Made by a program: the position numbers and the translations under genes. From positions 4,464,001 through 4,528,000 of the forward strand of contig OZ024766.1 of NCBI GenBank assembly GCA_964016885.1: DNA of 64,000 bases. Reading direction: 5' to 3'. This DNA comes from Eledone cirrhosa (lineage: Eukaryota). Under the pieces are notes generated by a model. That model made no database searches. It was not told the origin of the DNA and saw nothing but the letters and a program-made list of their open reading frames with translations. Below are positions 14,255-26,413 of the stretch, piece after piece (within the stretch, counting starts at the first letter, position 1; each line of letters opens with the position of its first letter).

Positions 14255-14835
14255 CATCTCCAGCCTGTATTGGTTGGCCACTGGTGCAAGAGGGAGTTTG
14301 TTGCTGCTGCCCTTAGGTTTCCCTCGTGCCTTGCTGTGGGCTCATCCGGGATCCTGGATAGCAAGGTGTCAAGATGTTTCTTGAAGACATCCACCTCCAC
14401 GTCATGCAGATCTCTCAGATCCCTCAGCAGCTTGTTGAGGGCCCTTGAATCCCAGGCTGTTGCAGTATCTGCTCCTTATTCTAGATATGGAAGACGGGAC
14501 CTTTGGCACCACACAATGACGTCCTGTTCGGCGGTTGGTCCAGCTCCCAATGCCAAAGTTTGGTGCTAGTCCCTCCAGGATTTTCCACATGTAGATCACT
14601 GCATATCTTTCCCGTCTTTGTTCCAAGAAGTAGAGGTTCAGTTCTTTTAGCCTCTCCCAGTAGCTTGTCTCCCTCATCTTGGCAATCCTCTTGGTGTAGC
14701 TTCACTGGATTGCCTCAAGCTCCGTGGTTAGTTTGACACTATGGGGTGACCACAACTGGGAGCAATAGTCCAGGTGGCTTAGGACAATTGTCCTCCATGG
14801 TGTCTCAGTCTCTTGTCCAGAAAGTCCTCAAATGC
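14255..14835 (-). mobile_element. CR1-clade LINE 3' fragment (decayed ORF2 C-terminus)
   Basis: Minus strand reads LRTF..RD*..WRTIVLSHLDYCSQLWSPH..ELEAIQ*SYT and SYWERLKELNLYFLEQRRERYAVIYMWKILEGLAPN, typical post-RT CR1 motifs, with stops and frameshifts. Confidence 0.8.
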
Positions 14836-14954
14836 AAACTGTCGGTCTTATAAGTATCGATTATTGATTAAACTTAAACTTAGTATATATATAAAGTTAA
14901 GTTAAAGCCAGTTCTAAGTTTATTACCGGATTTCCTTGTGTCAAGAGTACAAGA

Positions 14955-15037
14955 CTCTCCCTGGATAGGACGCCAGTCTATTACAGGATTAACTCTCTAG
15001 CTACTGAGGGTACTGGAGCAACGTGAAATAAAGTTGC
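14955..15037 (-). mobile_element. Short SINE fragment related to the CORE-type SINE at 26131
   Basis: Shares GGAGCAACGTGAAATAAAGT with 26131-26150. Confidence 0.45.
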
Positions 15038-15415
15038 TTTTTTTTTTTCAAAGATGTTGGCTGATAACTACACATGCATGCAGAACTTCAAAGCTGTGAG
15101 AGTTATATGTACAGACCTCAAAAAGATGAGGAATCAATTATAAATACTTTAAACTTTCTGGCATCTATTTAGTGAGAAGTATATATCTCTAGTATATTTT
15201 CTTCTTCCAGGAAATATTTTAGGTAAAACAGACATAAATTCTCTGAAAGAAATCTTGTATTAAAAATACAACAATATTAAATTATCTCACCAATGTAAGA
15301 TATAGTTGTAGTGTTTGATGGTTGTTATTGCAGTGTCATATCTTCTTTCATATGTAGATATATTTATGGTTAAAAAGACAATAGTTTCATACAATGATTT
15401 TTGACACTGATACCA

Positions 15416-16783
15416 TTACACTTCTGTATGAACAGATACATGTTTAGTTAATTTGCTTTTTTGAAAGAATGATTTACCACAGATATCACACTGATATGGT
15501 TTCTCTCCCGTATGTATATATTTGTGTTGAGTTAAGTGATCATTTCGAGAGAATGATTTACCACAGATATCACACTGATGAGGTTTCTCTCCTGTATGGA
15601 TATATCTGTGTTTAATTATGTTATTCAACTGAGGAAATGATTTACCACAAACATCACAGTGATATGGTTTCTCTCCAGTATGAATACGTATGTGTATAGT
15701 TAATTGACTTGACTCAGAAAATGACTTACCGCAGATATCACAGTGATAAGGTTTCTCTCCAGTATGAATGCGTTTGTGTCTAGCTAGCTGACTTAACACA
15801 GAAAATGATTTACCACAGATATCACAATGATGAGGTTTCTCTCCAGTATGAAAGAAATTGTGACTAGTTAAGCTATCTGACCGAGAAAATGATTTACCAC
15901 AGATACCACAGTGATATGGTTTCTCTCCTGTATGAATACGTCTGTGTTTAGCTAAGACACTTGACTCAGAAAAAGATTTACCACAGATATCACAGTGATG
16001 AGGTTTCTCACCTGTATGAATACGATTATGTTTAGCTAAGCTACTTGACACAGAATAGGATTTACCACAGATATCGCATTGATGAGGTTTCTCACCTGTA
16101 TGAGTACGTTTGTGAATAGCTAAGCTACTTGACACAGAAAATGAATAACCACAAATGTCACAGCAGTACGGTTTCTCTCCTGTATGAATATATTTGTGTT
16201 GAGTTAAGCTAGATGACTGAGAGAATGATTTACCACAGATATCACAGTGATACAGTTTCTCTCCTGTATGAATACGTTTGTGTTTATTTAAGTCACTTGA
16301 ACGGGAGAATGATTTATCACAGATATCACAGTGATGAGGCTTCTCTCCTGTATGGATTCGTATGTGTTCAGTTAATTGACCTGACAGCGAGAATGATTTA
16401 CCACAGATATCACAGCGATGAGGTTTCTCTCCTGTATGAAGATATTTGTGTCTGCTTAAATTACTTGACCGAGAGAATGATTTACCACAAATATCACAGT
16501 AATGAGGTTTTTCTTCTGTGTGAATACATTTGTGTGTAGATAAGCTAGATGACTGTGAAAATGATTTACCACAGACATTACAGTGATGAGGTTTCTCTCC
16601 TGTATGAACACGTAGGTGAGTAGTTAGGTTACATCTTTCAGAAAATGATTTACCACAGATATCACAGTGATAAGGTTTCTCTCTGGTATGAATATACTTG
16701 TGTCTAGTTATGTCACTTGTACGAGAGAATGATTTACCACAGATATCACAGCAGTATGATGAGTTTCCTTCCTCCTCTGACAT
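15416..16783 (-). CDS. Tandem C2H2 zinc-finger protein, 455 aa, 16 fingers, no KRAB/BTB/SCAN domain visible
   Basis: Intact ORF with 16 C-x2-C-x12-H-x3-H repeats and TGEKP linkers. In-frame TAA 9 codons upstream of the ATG. Acceptor-like TTTTCTGTTATTTCAG ends at 16968. Confidence 0.95.
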   Translation of the reverse strand: MSEEEGNSSYCCDICGKSFSRTSDITRHKYIHTREKPYHCDICGKSFSERCNLTTHLRVHTGEKPHHCNVCGKSFSQSSSLSTHKCIHTEEKPHYCDICGKSFSRSSNLSRHKYLHTGEKPHRCDICGKSFSLSGQLTEHIRIHTGEKPHHCDICDKSFSRSSDLNKHKRIHTGEKLYHCDICGKSFSQSSSLTQHKYIHTGEKPYCCDICGYSFSVSSSLAIHKRTHTGEKPHQCDICGKSYSVSSSLAKHNRIHTGEKPHHCDICGKSFSESSVLAKHRRIHTGEKPYHCGICGKSFSRSDSLTSHNFFHTGEKPHHCDICGKSFSVLSQLARHKRIHTGEKPYHCDICGKSFSESSQLTIHIRIHTGEKPYHCDVCGKSFPQLNNIIKHRYIHTGEKPHQCDICGKSFSRNDHLTQHKYIHTGEKPYQCDICGKSFFQKSKLTKHVSVHTEV

Positions 16784-17904
16784 CTCTTTAGGAAAAATAT
16801 CAATCTTTTAAGTGTCTCTAATATCTTTCCAGAACTTTTTTCTCTCACCAAATGTTGATATAAAAAGACATGAATACTCTGTAAAATCTTATGTTAGTCT
16901 TTTAAAAGTTGATATTGATGTTGTATCTGAAATTAGAATTTCTCTCCTGTCATTGACATGTGATATTCTGAAATAACAGAAAACAAAATAAGATATAGAG
17001 GAGAGGATATTAAAATGTGATTTAACAATGAAAATTATATATTTCTATAGTGATAAACTGTATATATAAACTTTCACCTGAATAATTCAACTTGTCAAAT
17101 GTATCCCTCCATCTTAAACTCTAAAAGTGTATAAATAGTATAGAAATATTTACATGAGTTTATATATATATATGTGTATATATATGTATATACAAGTATG
17201 GAACATAAGTGGTTTCTGACCCTGACTCGTCTCATAATGTTACAACCTGTCAAACCCATGCAAGCATGGAAAATTGACATTAAATGATTGATGATGATGA
17301 TGGCATACCTTTCAGGTAAGAAAAATGTACCCAATAGACAAACAAACAACCATTATCAGCTAACATACTTCAGGGTTTCCACACATAATGTAGGCACTAT
17401 GAAAGTGCTTAGTCCCCCTCCTGTTTAATATAGTTCTCCAGGCAATAAGAGAAGAGTTTAAGACCAGATATCAGTACACTAACAACCTGGTTCTTATAGC
17501 TGAATTATTGAGTAGGAAAGAAGACAGAACTCAGGCCTCATCAGGGATGTGGTCATGCTCATTATTTAGAAAAGGAACTCTATACAAATTACACCCTGTA
17601 AAACATGTGTACACAAGAGACGTAGTGGGATTGTAGTCAGACTAACAGAAGTAGTCTTTCTACGTAGGAGATGTGCAAATGTAATTAGTAGTAAGAACTC
17701 TAGTGTAATAAACTTTCTCCAAAGAAAGGTCTTCTGAAGTAGTTGATAGCTTCTGTTACAGAGGTGACTGAATTAATAGAGAAGGGGGTTGCATGAAAGT
17801 ATAGTAGCTAGAATAAGAACAATCTAGAAGTTGAGAGAACTACAGCTTCTGTTGACTATAAGAAGTTTCTCACAATGACTGAAGGGGAGCATTTTATTGT
17901 GACT

Positions 17905-19184
17905 CCAGTACTACAAACTTACAGGGTGGACAGGGTGTTTCCTATCATGGCACCAGTACTACAAACTTACAGGGTGGACAGGGTGTTTCCTATCATGGCA
18001 CCAGTACTACAAACTTACAGGGTGGACAGGGTGTTTCCTATCATGGCACCAGTACTACAAACTTACAGGGTGGACAGGGTGTTTCCTATCATGGCACCAG
18101 TACTACAAACTTACAGGGTGGACAGGCTGTTTCCTATCATGGCACCAGTACTACAAACTTACAGGGTGGACAGGCTGTTTCCTATCATGGCACCAGTACT
18201 ACAAACTTACAGGGTGGACAGGGTGTTTCCTATCATGGCACCAGTACTACAAACTTACAGGGTGGACAGGCTGTTTCCTATCATGGCACCAGTACTACAA
18301 ACTTACAGGGTGGACAGGGTGTTTCCTATCATGGCACCAGTACTACAAACTTACAGGGTGGACAGGGTGTTTCCTATCATGGCACCAGTACTACAAACTT
18401 ACAGGGTGGACAGGCTGTTTCCTATCATGGCACCAGTACTACAAACTTACAGGGTGGACAGGGTGTTTCCTATCATGGCACCAGTACTACAAACTTACAG
18501 GGTGGACAGGCTGTTTCCTATCATGGCACCAGTACTACAAACTTACAGGGTGGACAGGCTGTTTCCTATCATGGCACCAGTACTACAAACTTACAGGGTG
18601 GACAGGGTGTTTCCTATCATGGCACCAGTACTACAAACTTACAGGGTGGACAGGGTGTTTCCTATCATGGCACCAGTACTACAAACTTACAGGGTGGACA
18701 GGGTGTTTCCTATCATGGCACCAGTACTACAAACTTACAGGGTGGACAGGCTGTTTCCTATCATGGCACCAGTACTACAAACTTACAGGGTGGACAGGGT
18801 GTTTCCTATCATGGCACCAGTACTACAAACTTACAGGGTGGACAGGGTGTTTCCTATCATGGCACCAGTACTACAAACTTACAGGGTGGACAGGGTGTTT
18901 CCTATCATGGCACCAGTACTACAAACTTACAGGGTGGACAGGGTGTTTCCTATCATGGCACCAGTACTACAAACTTACAGGGTGGACAGGGTGTTTCCTA
19001 TCATGGCACCAGTACTACAAACTTACAGGGTGGACAGGGTGTTTCCTATCATGGCACCAGTACTACAAACTTACAGGGTGGACAGGCTGTTTCCTATCAT
19101 GGCACCAGTACTACAAACTTACAGGGTGGACAGGCTGTTTCCTATCATGGCACCAGTACTACAAACTTACAAGGTGGACAGGGT
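17905..19184. repeat. Near-perfect 48-bp minisatellite, about 26.7 copies, in the putative ZNF intron
   Basis: Unit CCAGTACTACAAACTTACAGGGTGGACAGG(G/C)TGTTTCCTATCATGGCA with essentially one variable position. Confidence 0.97.
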
Positions 19185-20023
19185 CATTATAATATAGCAG
19201 AAATAGAGATACCTGTTTGATATGTTAGTTTTATCTGTGATACACACAAATAATTATGACCTTATATAATGGAATTATGACTATAGTTCCTTCCAAACCT
19301 TCCCATGCAGTTCAGAAAATTGTTTTCTCCTATGGTGTTTGTTGTATTTTAAACGAATCTGACCTTCAAAGACACCAAAACCAATAGGAAAGACATAAAT
19401 TTCACTCCTAAAGGAAGACAGCTAGTTCTTCACAGTATTACAACCTTATTATGTACAAACAACAACGTAAATCACATTCCCACTATAGAAACCTCCAAGG
19501 GTCCCACCTGCTCCATTTTCTAAAAAAATTGAGTCGTTTCTGACTGGTTTTAAGGTTAGGTTTGTTGGAAACACGAAAAAAAATAGGAAAATTAACAATT
19601 TAATACCTGACAACTGACAGGTGCTTTTACCGTAAATTTACCTTAAATTGGAACAAATTTAGGCTAAAATGTAGAGTTTTAATTTATCTAAAATAACAAA
19701 GTACAGCTGAATATAAAATATATATTATAATACAAGGTAGTGAAGAACATGATTAAATAGACGGAGGTAATTTAAATAATAAAGACACTCATAATAACAA
19801 TCTATTTTATATCACATGTAACAGTAGAATCTAGCTATTGTAAAATAAGACAACATTTCAGTCTAGAAGTATTTTCCTGTATATAAAAGTGACGAGGAAG
19901 AAATATGTCCAAAGTTGTTAAATATTTTCACTTGTATATAATTACTGTATCGTTGAAAGGTTCACATAATTCTATTATTTACACACATTATTATAGACTT
20001 CAAGTAAATCTTTCACAACTTAC

Positions 20024-20165
20024 CCTCTTCACATGTAATCAATGTGTTGTCTTCTTATATTTTATTAAACAATCAAAGAAATAATCTCCTTGTTGTTGAA
20101 TAAGAATTTTCAAAGATGTTATCATCTTTTCTTTGTCCGCCATTAACGTTGGTGTATCTTCTTAT
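20024..20165 (-). promoter_or_regulatory. Putative non-coding first exon / TSS region of the ZNF gene
   Basis: Minus-strand donor GAGG|GTAAGT at 20024/20023 and YY1-type AATGGCGG at 20144-20137; pairs with the acceptor at 16968. Inference only. Confidence 0.45.
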
Positions 20166-20279
20166 TCTTTAGCCACAGATTCGTATCTTGTCACAATGAA
20201 AAAGTACAGTTAACTTCTTTGTTGAATGAAAACAAAAGCAATATATACAAACACACACGCACCTACCACAACTAAATAT

Positions 20280-22010
20280 GGAATGATACGCGATGGAGCC
20301 CCGGCGGTCAGAATAGAGAAGGTGTTTCCCCCGGAGGACAGCAAGGGAGACGCGTTGGAAAAGCCACTCCAACTCGCGGGGCTCACACCTGCGGCTGGCC
20401 AGCTCAGCGCCTATGGTGGTGAATAGGGAGGTAGCCCTAGAGCGGAGGACACCAGAAGTCTCCACTGCCAGGGGTACAACTGCAAACCTGTCGGAGAGCA
20501 ACCGGTATTTGAGGAGTTTAGCCTCCTCAGCTCGACGTGCAGCAGAACCTGGGTTAATCGCAGACTGCACCAGGTTGCGGCTGCAGAAAGTGTCGGTGCA
20601 GGTGGCATCCAAGTCGAGAGGTTTACCACTGCGGAACGGGAAGATGGTTATGCTATGTGGCCTTTTGCCGTCCCCTTGGTCCATCCCCACCGGCTCGAGC
20701 TGAGAAGGGAAGCCTGCAGCGCCCAAGTCATGCTTTATGACCTCGTTGAGGGCAGCATGGCGTGGAAGACGGCCGGCACCGTGGCGACAGGAAAGCGGGT
20801 GGAGGCCGAAAGGGTCCACGGTGGATCCGCAGCGATATTGGTGTGTCTCGCAGATCCGGAGGCCGAGCCTCAAGGAAACGCCAATGCGCCGGCTATTATT
20901 GTCAAGCTGCGTGCCAGTGGAGAAGGAGGGTAGGGCAGGGCATGGAGCCAGGCACCACTGTGGGCGTTTGGAGGCCGCACGAAAACAGGCAAAGCGGTGC
21001 TGGCCGAGCTGGCGCGTGAGCCTGTCTGAGGCCAGGCTGCACTGGATGGCATCCCAAGTGCTTTGGGGGTGGGGGACTTGACGTCAACAGGGGGAGAAGG
21101 AGGAGGGACGTCTACTGGGCTGAGTACCAGCCGGTCCCACGTCTCACAGACGGCCTCACGTTCTCTGAGCACAGAGGGTTCTATTGTGTTTTGGAGAACC
21201 CTGTTGACGAAGACGCGGCACGAGGTTACTGGCAAAGCCAGTGAGATCGGGGACCGGAGGCCCAGGCTGCCATACCTGACAGGTAAAGTGGCCTGTTGCC
21301 ATCCAATGACGTCAAACTTGACGTTACATATCTCCTCGGCTGCTTCTCGGATACAAGTATCGAGGTCAGCGAGGAGAGATGTGTGGCTGTAGCACGGAGC
21401 GCTGCGAAGGGTATAGAGGAGCTTCGGCATGGCGAAGCAGTTCCCCAACAGAAAGAGGGCTGGGTGGCCGTCGATCAAGCCCAGTCGGCTCGTGAGAGGC
21501 TGGAGTTGTTGAAGCCAGAACCTGATGGTGGAGCGGATGGTCGGCGGGTGGATCGGTGACCCGAGGAAGAGGACATCCTCTTTGGGGTCACCTGTACCTG
21601 GTGGAGGATGGACCGCACGTCCGAGACGGAGGCTGCAAAGCTCACAGCATCGTGACGTTCACCACCTCCGACTTGGCCGAGTTGACCTGGAGGCCGATTC
21701 CTGCCAGGGCAGGAACCACCGATTGTAGGTCATGGCAGACAGTCTGTACGGGCCCGCCCAACGTAGCCTCATCCGGATACCAAACATTGAGAGGGGCCGT
21801 GATACTCTGGGCGATGTGGTCTGTACTAAGGACCCCCCAAAAAGGGGGGGGGGGGTCCCAAAGGGTCGCCCTGTTGGACCCCAGCGGCCGAAGGTATGAC
21901 TGTATCAGCAGCAAGGAGCATGCTCGGGGCTCCATACGACTGGTGGGCCAGCGGGTAGGCAGAGGGGGCTCGGCTGAGGCAGGCTTCGAGAAGATGGTCC
22001 CGGCGTCAAT
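20280..22010 (-). mobile_element. 5'-truncated, frameshifted CRE-clade (restriction-like endonuclease) non-LTR retrotransposon
   Basis: RT motifs GVQQGDPLGP and NVWYPDE (decayed YLDD), WQQATLPVRYGSLGLR, AHSGAWL, zinc knuckle RCG..D..G.H.LSC, RH, E, KRP(H), D, K..KY and FQRVSLAVLRG. Confidence 0.8.
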
Positions 22011-22037
22011 CTTACTTCTTAGTTTACTTTTCTCCTC

Positions 22038-22079
<42 letters not shown>

Positions 22080-22081
22080 GA

Positions 22082-22909
22082 TTTCGGCCAGTACTGGCCT
22101 AACTTAATAGCACCACATGTGCATATATATATATGTGGTGCTATTAAGTTAGGCATAGCCTGGGCCAGTAGTGGCCAAAACCTAACTTAATATCACCACA
22201 TATATATATGCACATGTGGTGCTATTAAGTTAGGCATAGCCTGGGCCAGTACTGGCCAAAACCTAACTTAATAGCACCACATATATATATATGCACATGT
22301 GGTGCTATTAAGTTAGGCCAGTACTGGCCAAAACCTAACTTAATAGCACCACATATATATATGCACATGTGGTGCTATTAAGTTAGGCCAGTACTGGCCG
22401 AAACCTAACTTAATAGCACCACATATATATATGCACATGTGGTGCTATTAAGTTAGGCCAGTACTGGCCGAAACCTAACTTAATAGCACCACATATATAT
22501 ATGCACATGTGGTGCTATTAAGTTAGGCCAGTACTGGCCGAAACCTAACTTAATAGCACCACATATATATATGCACATGTGGTGCTATTAAGTTAGGCCA
22601 GTACTGGCCGAAACCTAACTTAATAGCACCACATATATATATGCACATGTGGTGCTATTAAGTTAGGCCAGTACTGGCCGAAACCTAACTTAATAGCACC
22701 ACATATATATATGCACATGTGGTGCTATTAAGTTAGGCCAGTACTGGCCGAAACCTAACTTAATAGCACCACATATATATATGCACATGTGGTGCTATTA
22801 AGTTAGGCCAGTACTGGCCGAAACCTAACTTAATAGCACCACATATATATATATGCACATGTGGTGCTATTAAGTTAGGCATAGCCTGGGCCAGTACTGG
22901 CCAAAACCT
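22082..22909. repeat. 70-bp palindromic (double-hairpin) satellite, about 11 units, first unit inverted
   Basis: Unit AAA-CCTAACTTAATAGCACCACAT-atatatatgcac-ATGTGGTGCTATTAAGTTAGG-CCAGTACTGGCCG: a 21-bp perfect stem plus the GGCCAGTACTGGCC palindrome. Confidence 0.95.
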
Positions 22910-22964
22910 ATCAACGTTATACAGAGAGAGAGAGAGGGGAGAAAAGTAAACTAAGAAGTAAGAA

Positions 22965-24130
22965 TGACGCCGGGACCATCTTCTCGAAGCCTGCCTCAGC
23001 CGAGCCCCCTCTGCCTACCCGCTGGCCCGCCCACCCGTCGTATGGAGCCCCGAGCATGCTCCTTGCTGCTGATACAGTCATACCTTCGGCCACTGGGGCC
23101 CAACAGAGCGACCCTTTGGGACCCCCCCCCCCCCCTTTTTTTTTTGGTCCTTAGTACAGACCACATCGCCCGGAGTATCACGGCCCCTCTCAATGTTTGG
23201 TATCCGGATGAGGCTACGTTGGGCGGGCCCGTACAGACTGTCTGCCATGACCTACAATCGGTGGTTCCTGCCCTGGCAGGAATCGGCCTCCAGGTCAACT
23301 CGGCCAAGTCGGAGGTGGTGAACGTCACGATGCTGAGAGCTTTGCAGCCTCCGTCTCGGACGTGCGGTCCATCCTCTACCAGGTACAGGTGACCCCAAAG
23401 AGGATGTCCTCTTCCTCGGGTCACCGATCCACCCGCCGACCATCCGCTCCACCATCAGGTTCTGGCTTCAACAACTCCAGCCTCTCACGAGCCGACTGGG
23501 CTTGATCGACGGCCACCCAGCCCTCTTTCTGTTGGGGAACTGCTTCGCCATGCCGAAGCTCCTCTATACCCTTCGCAGCGCTCCGTGCTACAGCCACACA
23601 TCTCTCCTCGCTGACCTCGATACTTGTATCCGAGAAGCAGCCGAGGAGATATGTAACGTCAAGTTTGACGTCATTGGATGGCAACAGGCCCACTTTACCT
23701 GTCAGGTATGGCAGCCTTAGCCTCCGGTCCCCGATCTCACTGGCTTTGCCAGTAACCTCGTGCCGCGTCCTCGTCAGCAGGATTCTCCAAAACACAATAG
23801 AACCCTCTGTGTTTAGAGAACGTGAGGCCGTCTGTGAGACGTGGGACCGGCTGGTACTCAGCCCAGTAGACGTCCCTCCTCCTTCTCCCCCTGTTGACGT
23901 CAAGTCCCCCACCCCCAAAGCACTTGGGATGCCATCCAGTGCAGCCTGGCCTCAGACAGGGTCACGCGCCAGCTCGACCAGCACCGCTTTGCCTGTTTTC
24001 GTGCGGCCTCCAAACGGCCACAGTGGTGCCTGGCTCCATGCCCTGCCCTACCCTCCTTCTCCACTGGCACGCAGCTTGGCGTTTCCTTGAGGCTCGACCT
24101 CCGGATCTGCGAACACACCAATATCGCTGC

Positions 24131-24131
<1 letters not shown>
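22965..24131 (+). mobile_element. Second, inverted copy of the same CRE-clade fragment, truncated at (TA)n
   Basis: Reverse complement of 20828-22010 at high identity; the ORF track gives near-identical peptides on opposite strands. Confidence 0.85.
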
Positions 24132-24169
<38 letters not shown>

Positions 24170-24215
24170 TCAGAATGAAAATCCGAAGGCAAGGTAAAAT
24201 TTCCAATCATTTTAA

Positions 24216-24289
24216 TCACGACACATGTTTCAATAAGAGATAGATCGATCGTGAAGCTATGATCAATTATCACTGACCTCCTCAGGTGA
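24216..24289 (-). ncRNA. Minimal type-I hammerhead ribozyme motif
   Basis: TCAC-CTGAGGA-stem II (GATA.ATTGATC/GATCGAT.TATC)-GAAA-CATGTG-TC-GTGA, followed by ATTAAA. Confidence 0.7.
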
Positions 24290-24392
24290 AAATGAATTGT
24301 CTTCAAATTCTTGTTATGAGGGAGAAAATTCACAGAGTTCATTCCCTCATATGAGGGAATGAAACTCTGTAAGTGAACATTGCTAATTTTCT

Positions 24393-24660
24393 CCAAACGA
24401 TCATTTGGAAAGAGAGATGTATTTAATTATGTCTCATATAAAATAATACAACTGGCTATCCGCAAAATACGTATAGTTAGCTTTCCAAACGATCGTTTGG
24501 AAAGAGAGATGTATTTAATTATGTCTCATATAAAATAATACAACTGGCTATCCGCAAAATACGTATAGTTAGCTTTCCAAACGATCGTTTCATTATAAGT
24601 TTTCTACAAATTGGGAAAATAATTTCCAGGTTATGTAGAAGCCTACATATAGTCCATAGG
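24393..24660. mobile_element. Rearranged copy of the hammerhead element at 42096: two ~92-bp direct repeats plus an inverted 3' half of the ribozyme
   Basis: Minus strand CTTATAAT-GAAA-CGATCG-TT-TGGA; strand switches and repeat junctions fall in CCAAACGATCGTTT. Confidence 0.65.
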
Positions 24661-24684
24661 AATACATGTAGGTGGGCACATATA

Positions 24685-24731
<47 letters not shown>

Positions 24732-24930
24732 ATATATATGTATATATATCTGTGTATATATATATATTTAAAAGTTAAACAAGGTTCAATGAATACATCA
24801 AAGAGTGAGTTTTACAATAGATTGGAAGCACTCAACAGAAAGGTTTTCCAGAGTTATTAATATTAATTCAAAATATTAACAAAATAGATATTCTTGTGAT
24901 CAAGTATATTTTATTATACATATTTCATTT

Positions 24931-24997
24931 TATTTTATCTGATGAAGACGTACTGTTCAACTTAACTCAGTACCTCTGAAATATGTATAATAAAATA
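24931..24997 (+). ncRNA. Minimal type-I hammerhead ribozyme motif, with a partial inverted copy at 24884-24927
   Basis: TATTTTAT-CTGATGA-AGA.GTACTG..CAGTAC.TCT-GAAA-TATGTA-TA-ATAAAATA. Confidence 0.8.
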
Positions 24998-25054
24998 TAA
25001 TTGATCACAAGAATATCTATTTTATGTATATGTATATATAAAGTCAGCTCGAAA

Positions 25055-25300
25055 GTGACACAGTGGAGACTGAGGTTAGCTGGACATGCTCACCGACATA
25101 CAGAGTTGACACTGCACTCTGTGCTCCTGTGGGAGGCCCTGCATGGACACACTGGAAGAGGAAGACAGAGGTTAACATATGTTGATGCCCTAAGGACAGA
25201 CACTGGTCTGTTGGAGACGCAGGACATGGCAGCGATAATGAGGGACAGAGACCGCTGGAGAGAACTCATCCATGGATCTCTGGAATTTTACCGGCCATAA
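25055..25300 (+). mobile_element. RTE-clade LINE 3' fragment
   Basis: RLRLAGHAHR...LLWE..HG...RGR..LTYVD.L..D....DRDRWR, ending directly in (TA)n. Confidence 0.8.
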
Positions 25301-25410
25301 ATATATATATATATATATATATATGCAAAAGTTTTATTTAAAATTGTTGGGTTACAACAAGTAAATATTGTATAACTGATATAAAGCACTCAACAAGTTT
25401 TGGAGTAGAT

Positions 25411-25657
25411 ATACGATATTAAACAAATGGAAACTATATTTATTTCATTATACATATTTCGGGGATACCATATTAAAAATATGGCATGCCTTCTTCAGAT
25501 AAAATACAATATATAAACAGTTTTATAAATAATAAAACTGTTTATATATTGTATTTTATCTGAAGAAGGCATGCCATATTTTTAATATGGTATCCCCGAA
25601 ATATGTATAATGAAATAAATATGGTTTTATAAATATAGTTTCCATTTGTTTAATATC

Positions 25658-25660
<3 letters not shown>
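25411..25660. ncRNA. Fold-back element (family A) with two hammerheads: 25441-25506 (-) and 25552-25617 (+)
   Basis: TATTTTAT-CTGAAGA-AGGC.TGCCATATTT..AATATGGTA.CCCC-GAAA-TATGTA-TA-ATGAAATA in both arms; centre near 25528. Confidence 0.75.
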
Positions 25661-25735
<75 letters not shown>

Positions 25736-25791
25736 AATCAGGAAAGAAGAGTGACACGGTTTGCTATACAAAAAAGGTTTTTAATCTCATT

Positions 25792-25897
25792 GCTGACAAT
25801 TGTTTCTCTGAACTGGTAGGTCTAGAGATCGCTACCCGCTTGTTTTCACGTTATTCGATCACCAATACAAAGTTATAACCAGTCAATTCATCGGAGC
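25792..25897 (-). ncRNA. Hammerhead-like motif with long stem II and CCGAUGA core variant
   Basis: GCT-CCGATGA-..ACTGGT...ACCAGT..-GAAA-CAATTG-TC-AGC. Confidence 0.55.
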
Positions 25898-26130
25898 TTG
25901 TGAGAATGAAAAGAATATACAGGCTACTATATATAGTTGATATCATCCACTACTCGGAGTACCATAACTGGACTACACTTAAGTGGACTACCTATAACAA
26001 TAATTTGTTACCCCGTATATATATATATTCTTTAGACGATCGACTTTCGTCAAATCGGACCGAGGGAACAATGTTTCCGTTGGTCTTTCCAATTGCTAAT
26101 ACTATCTATCGGTCGCAACTCCAGGTAGAA

Positions 26131-26252
26131 GGAGCAACGTGAAATAAAGTGTCTTGCTCAAGGACATAACGCATCGCCTGGTCCAGGAATCGAACTCACA
26201 ACCTTACGATTACGAATCCAATTATCTAACCACTCAGCCACACGCCTTCACA
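26131..26252 (-). mobile_element. tRNA-derived CORE-type SINE head
   Basis: A box TGGCTGAGTGG, B box GTTCGATTCC, then CORE-like GTCCTTGAGCAAGACACTT. Confidence 0.8.
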
Positions 26253-26413
26253 TATATATATATATATTTAGGTTTGGAGGTTCACCACTGTATAGAGCTG
26301 GTCAATCCAGTATGGTCAATCTTGATGTAATAATATGGAGAGTACTCAACGTAAAGCAGTTCAACCGTCTTCGTTTTTGTAGTTGGTGGTGCGAGTACGG
26401 AGTTAAATATTAT

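Noticed and set aside
17875-19197. 440-aa ORF of 16-aa repeats
   Set aside because: Pure VNTR with no synonymous variation and no non-repeat domain; lies antisense in a probable intron.
22082-22909. CRISPR-like palindromic array
   Set aside because: No unique spacers, no cas genes, eukaryotic context.
26131-26252. Possible tRNA gene
   Set aside because: A and B boxes run into a CORE-like SINE body; no acceptor stem or poly-T terminator.
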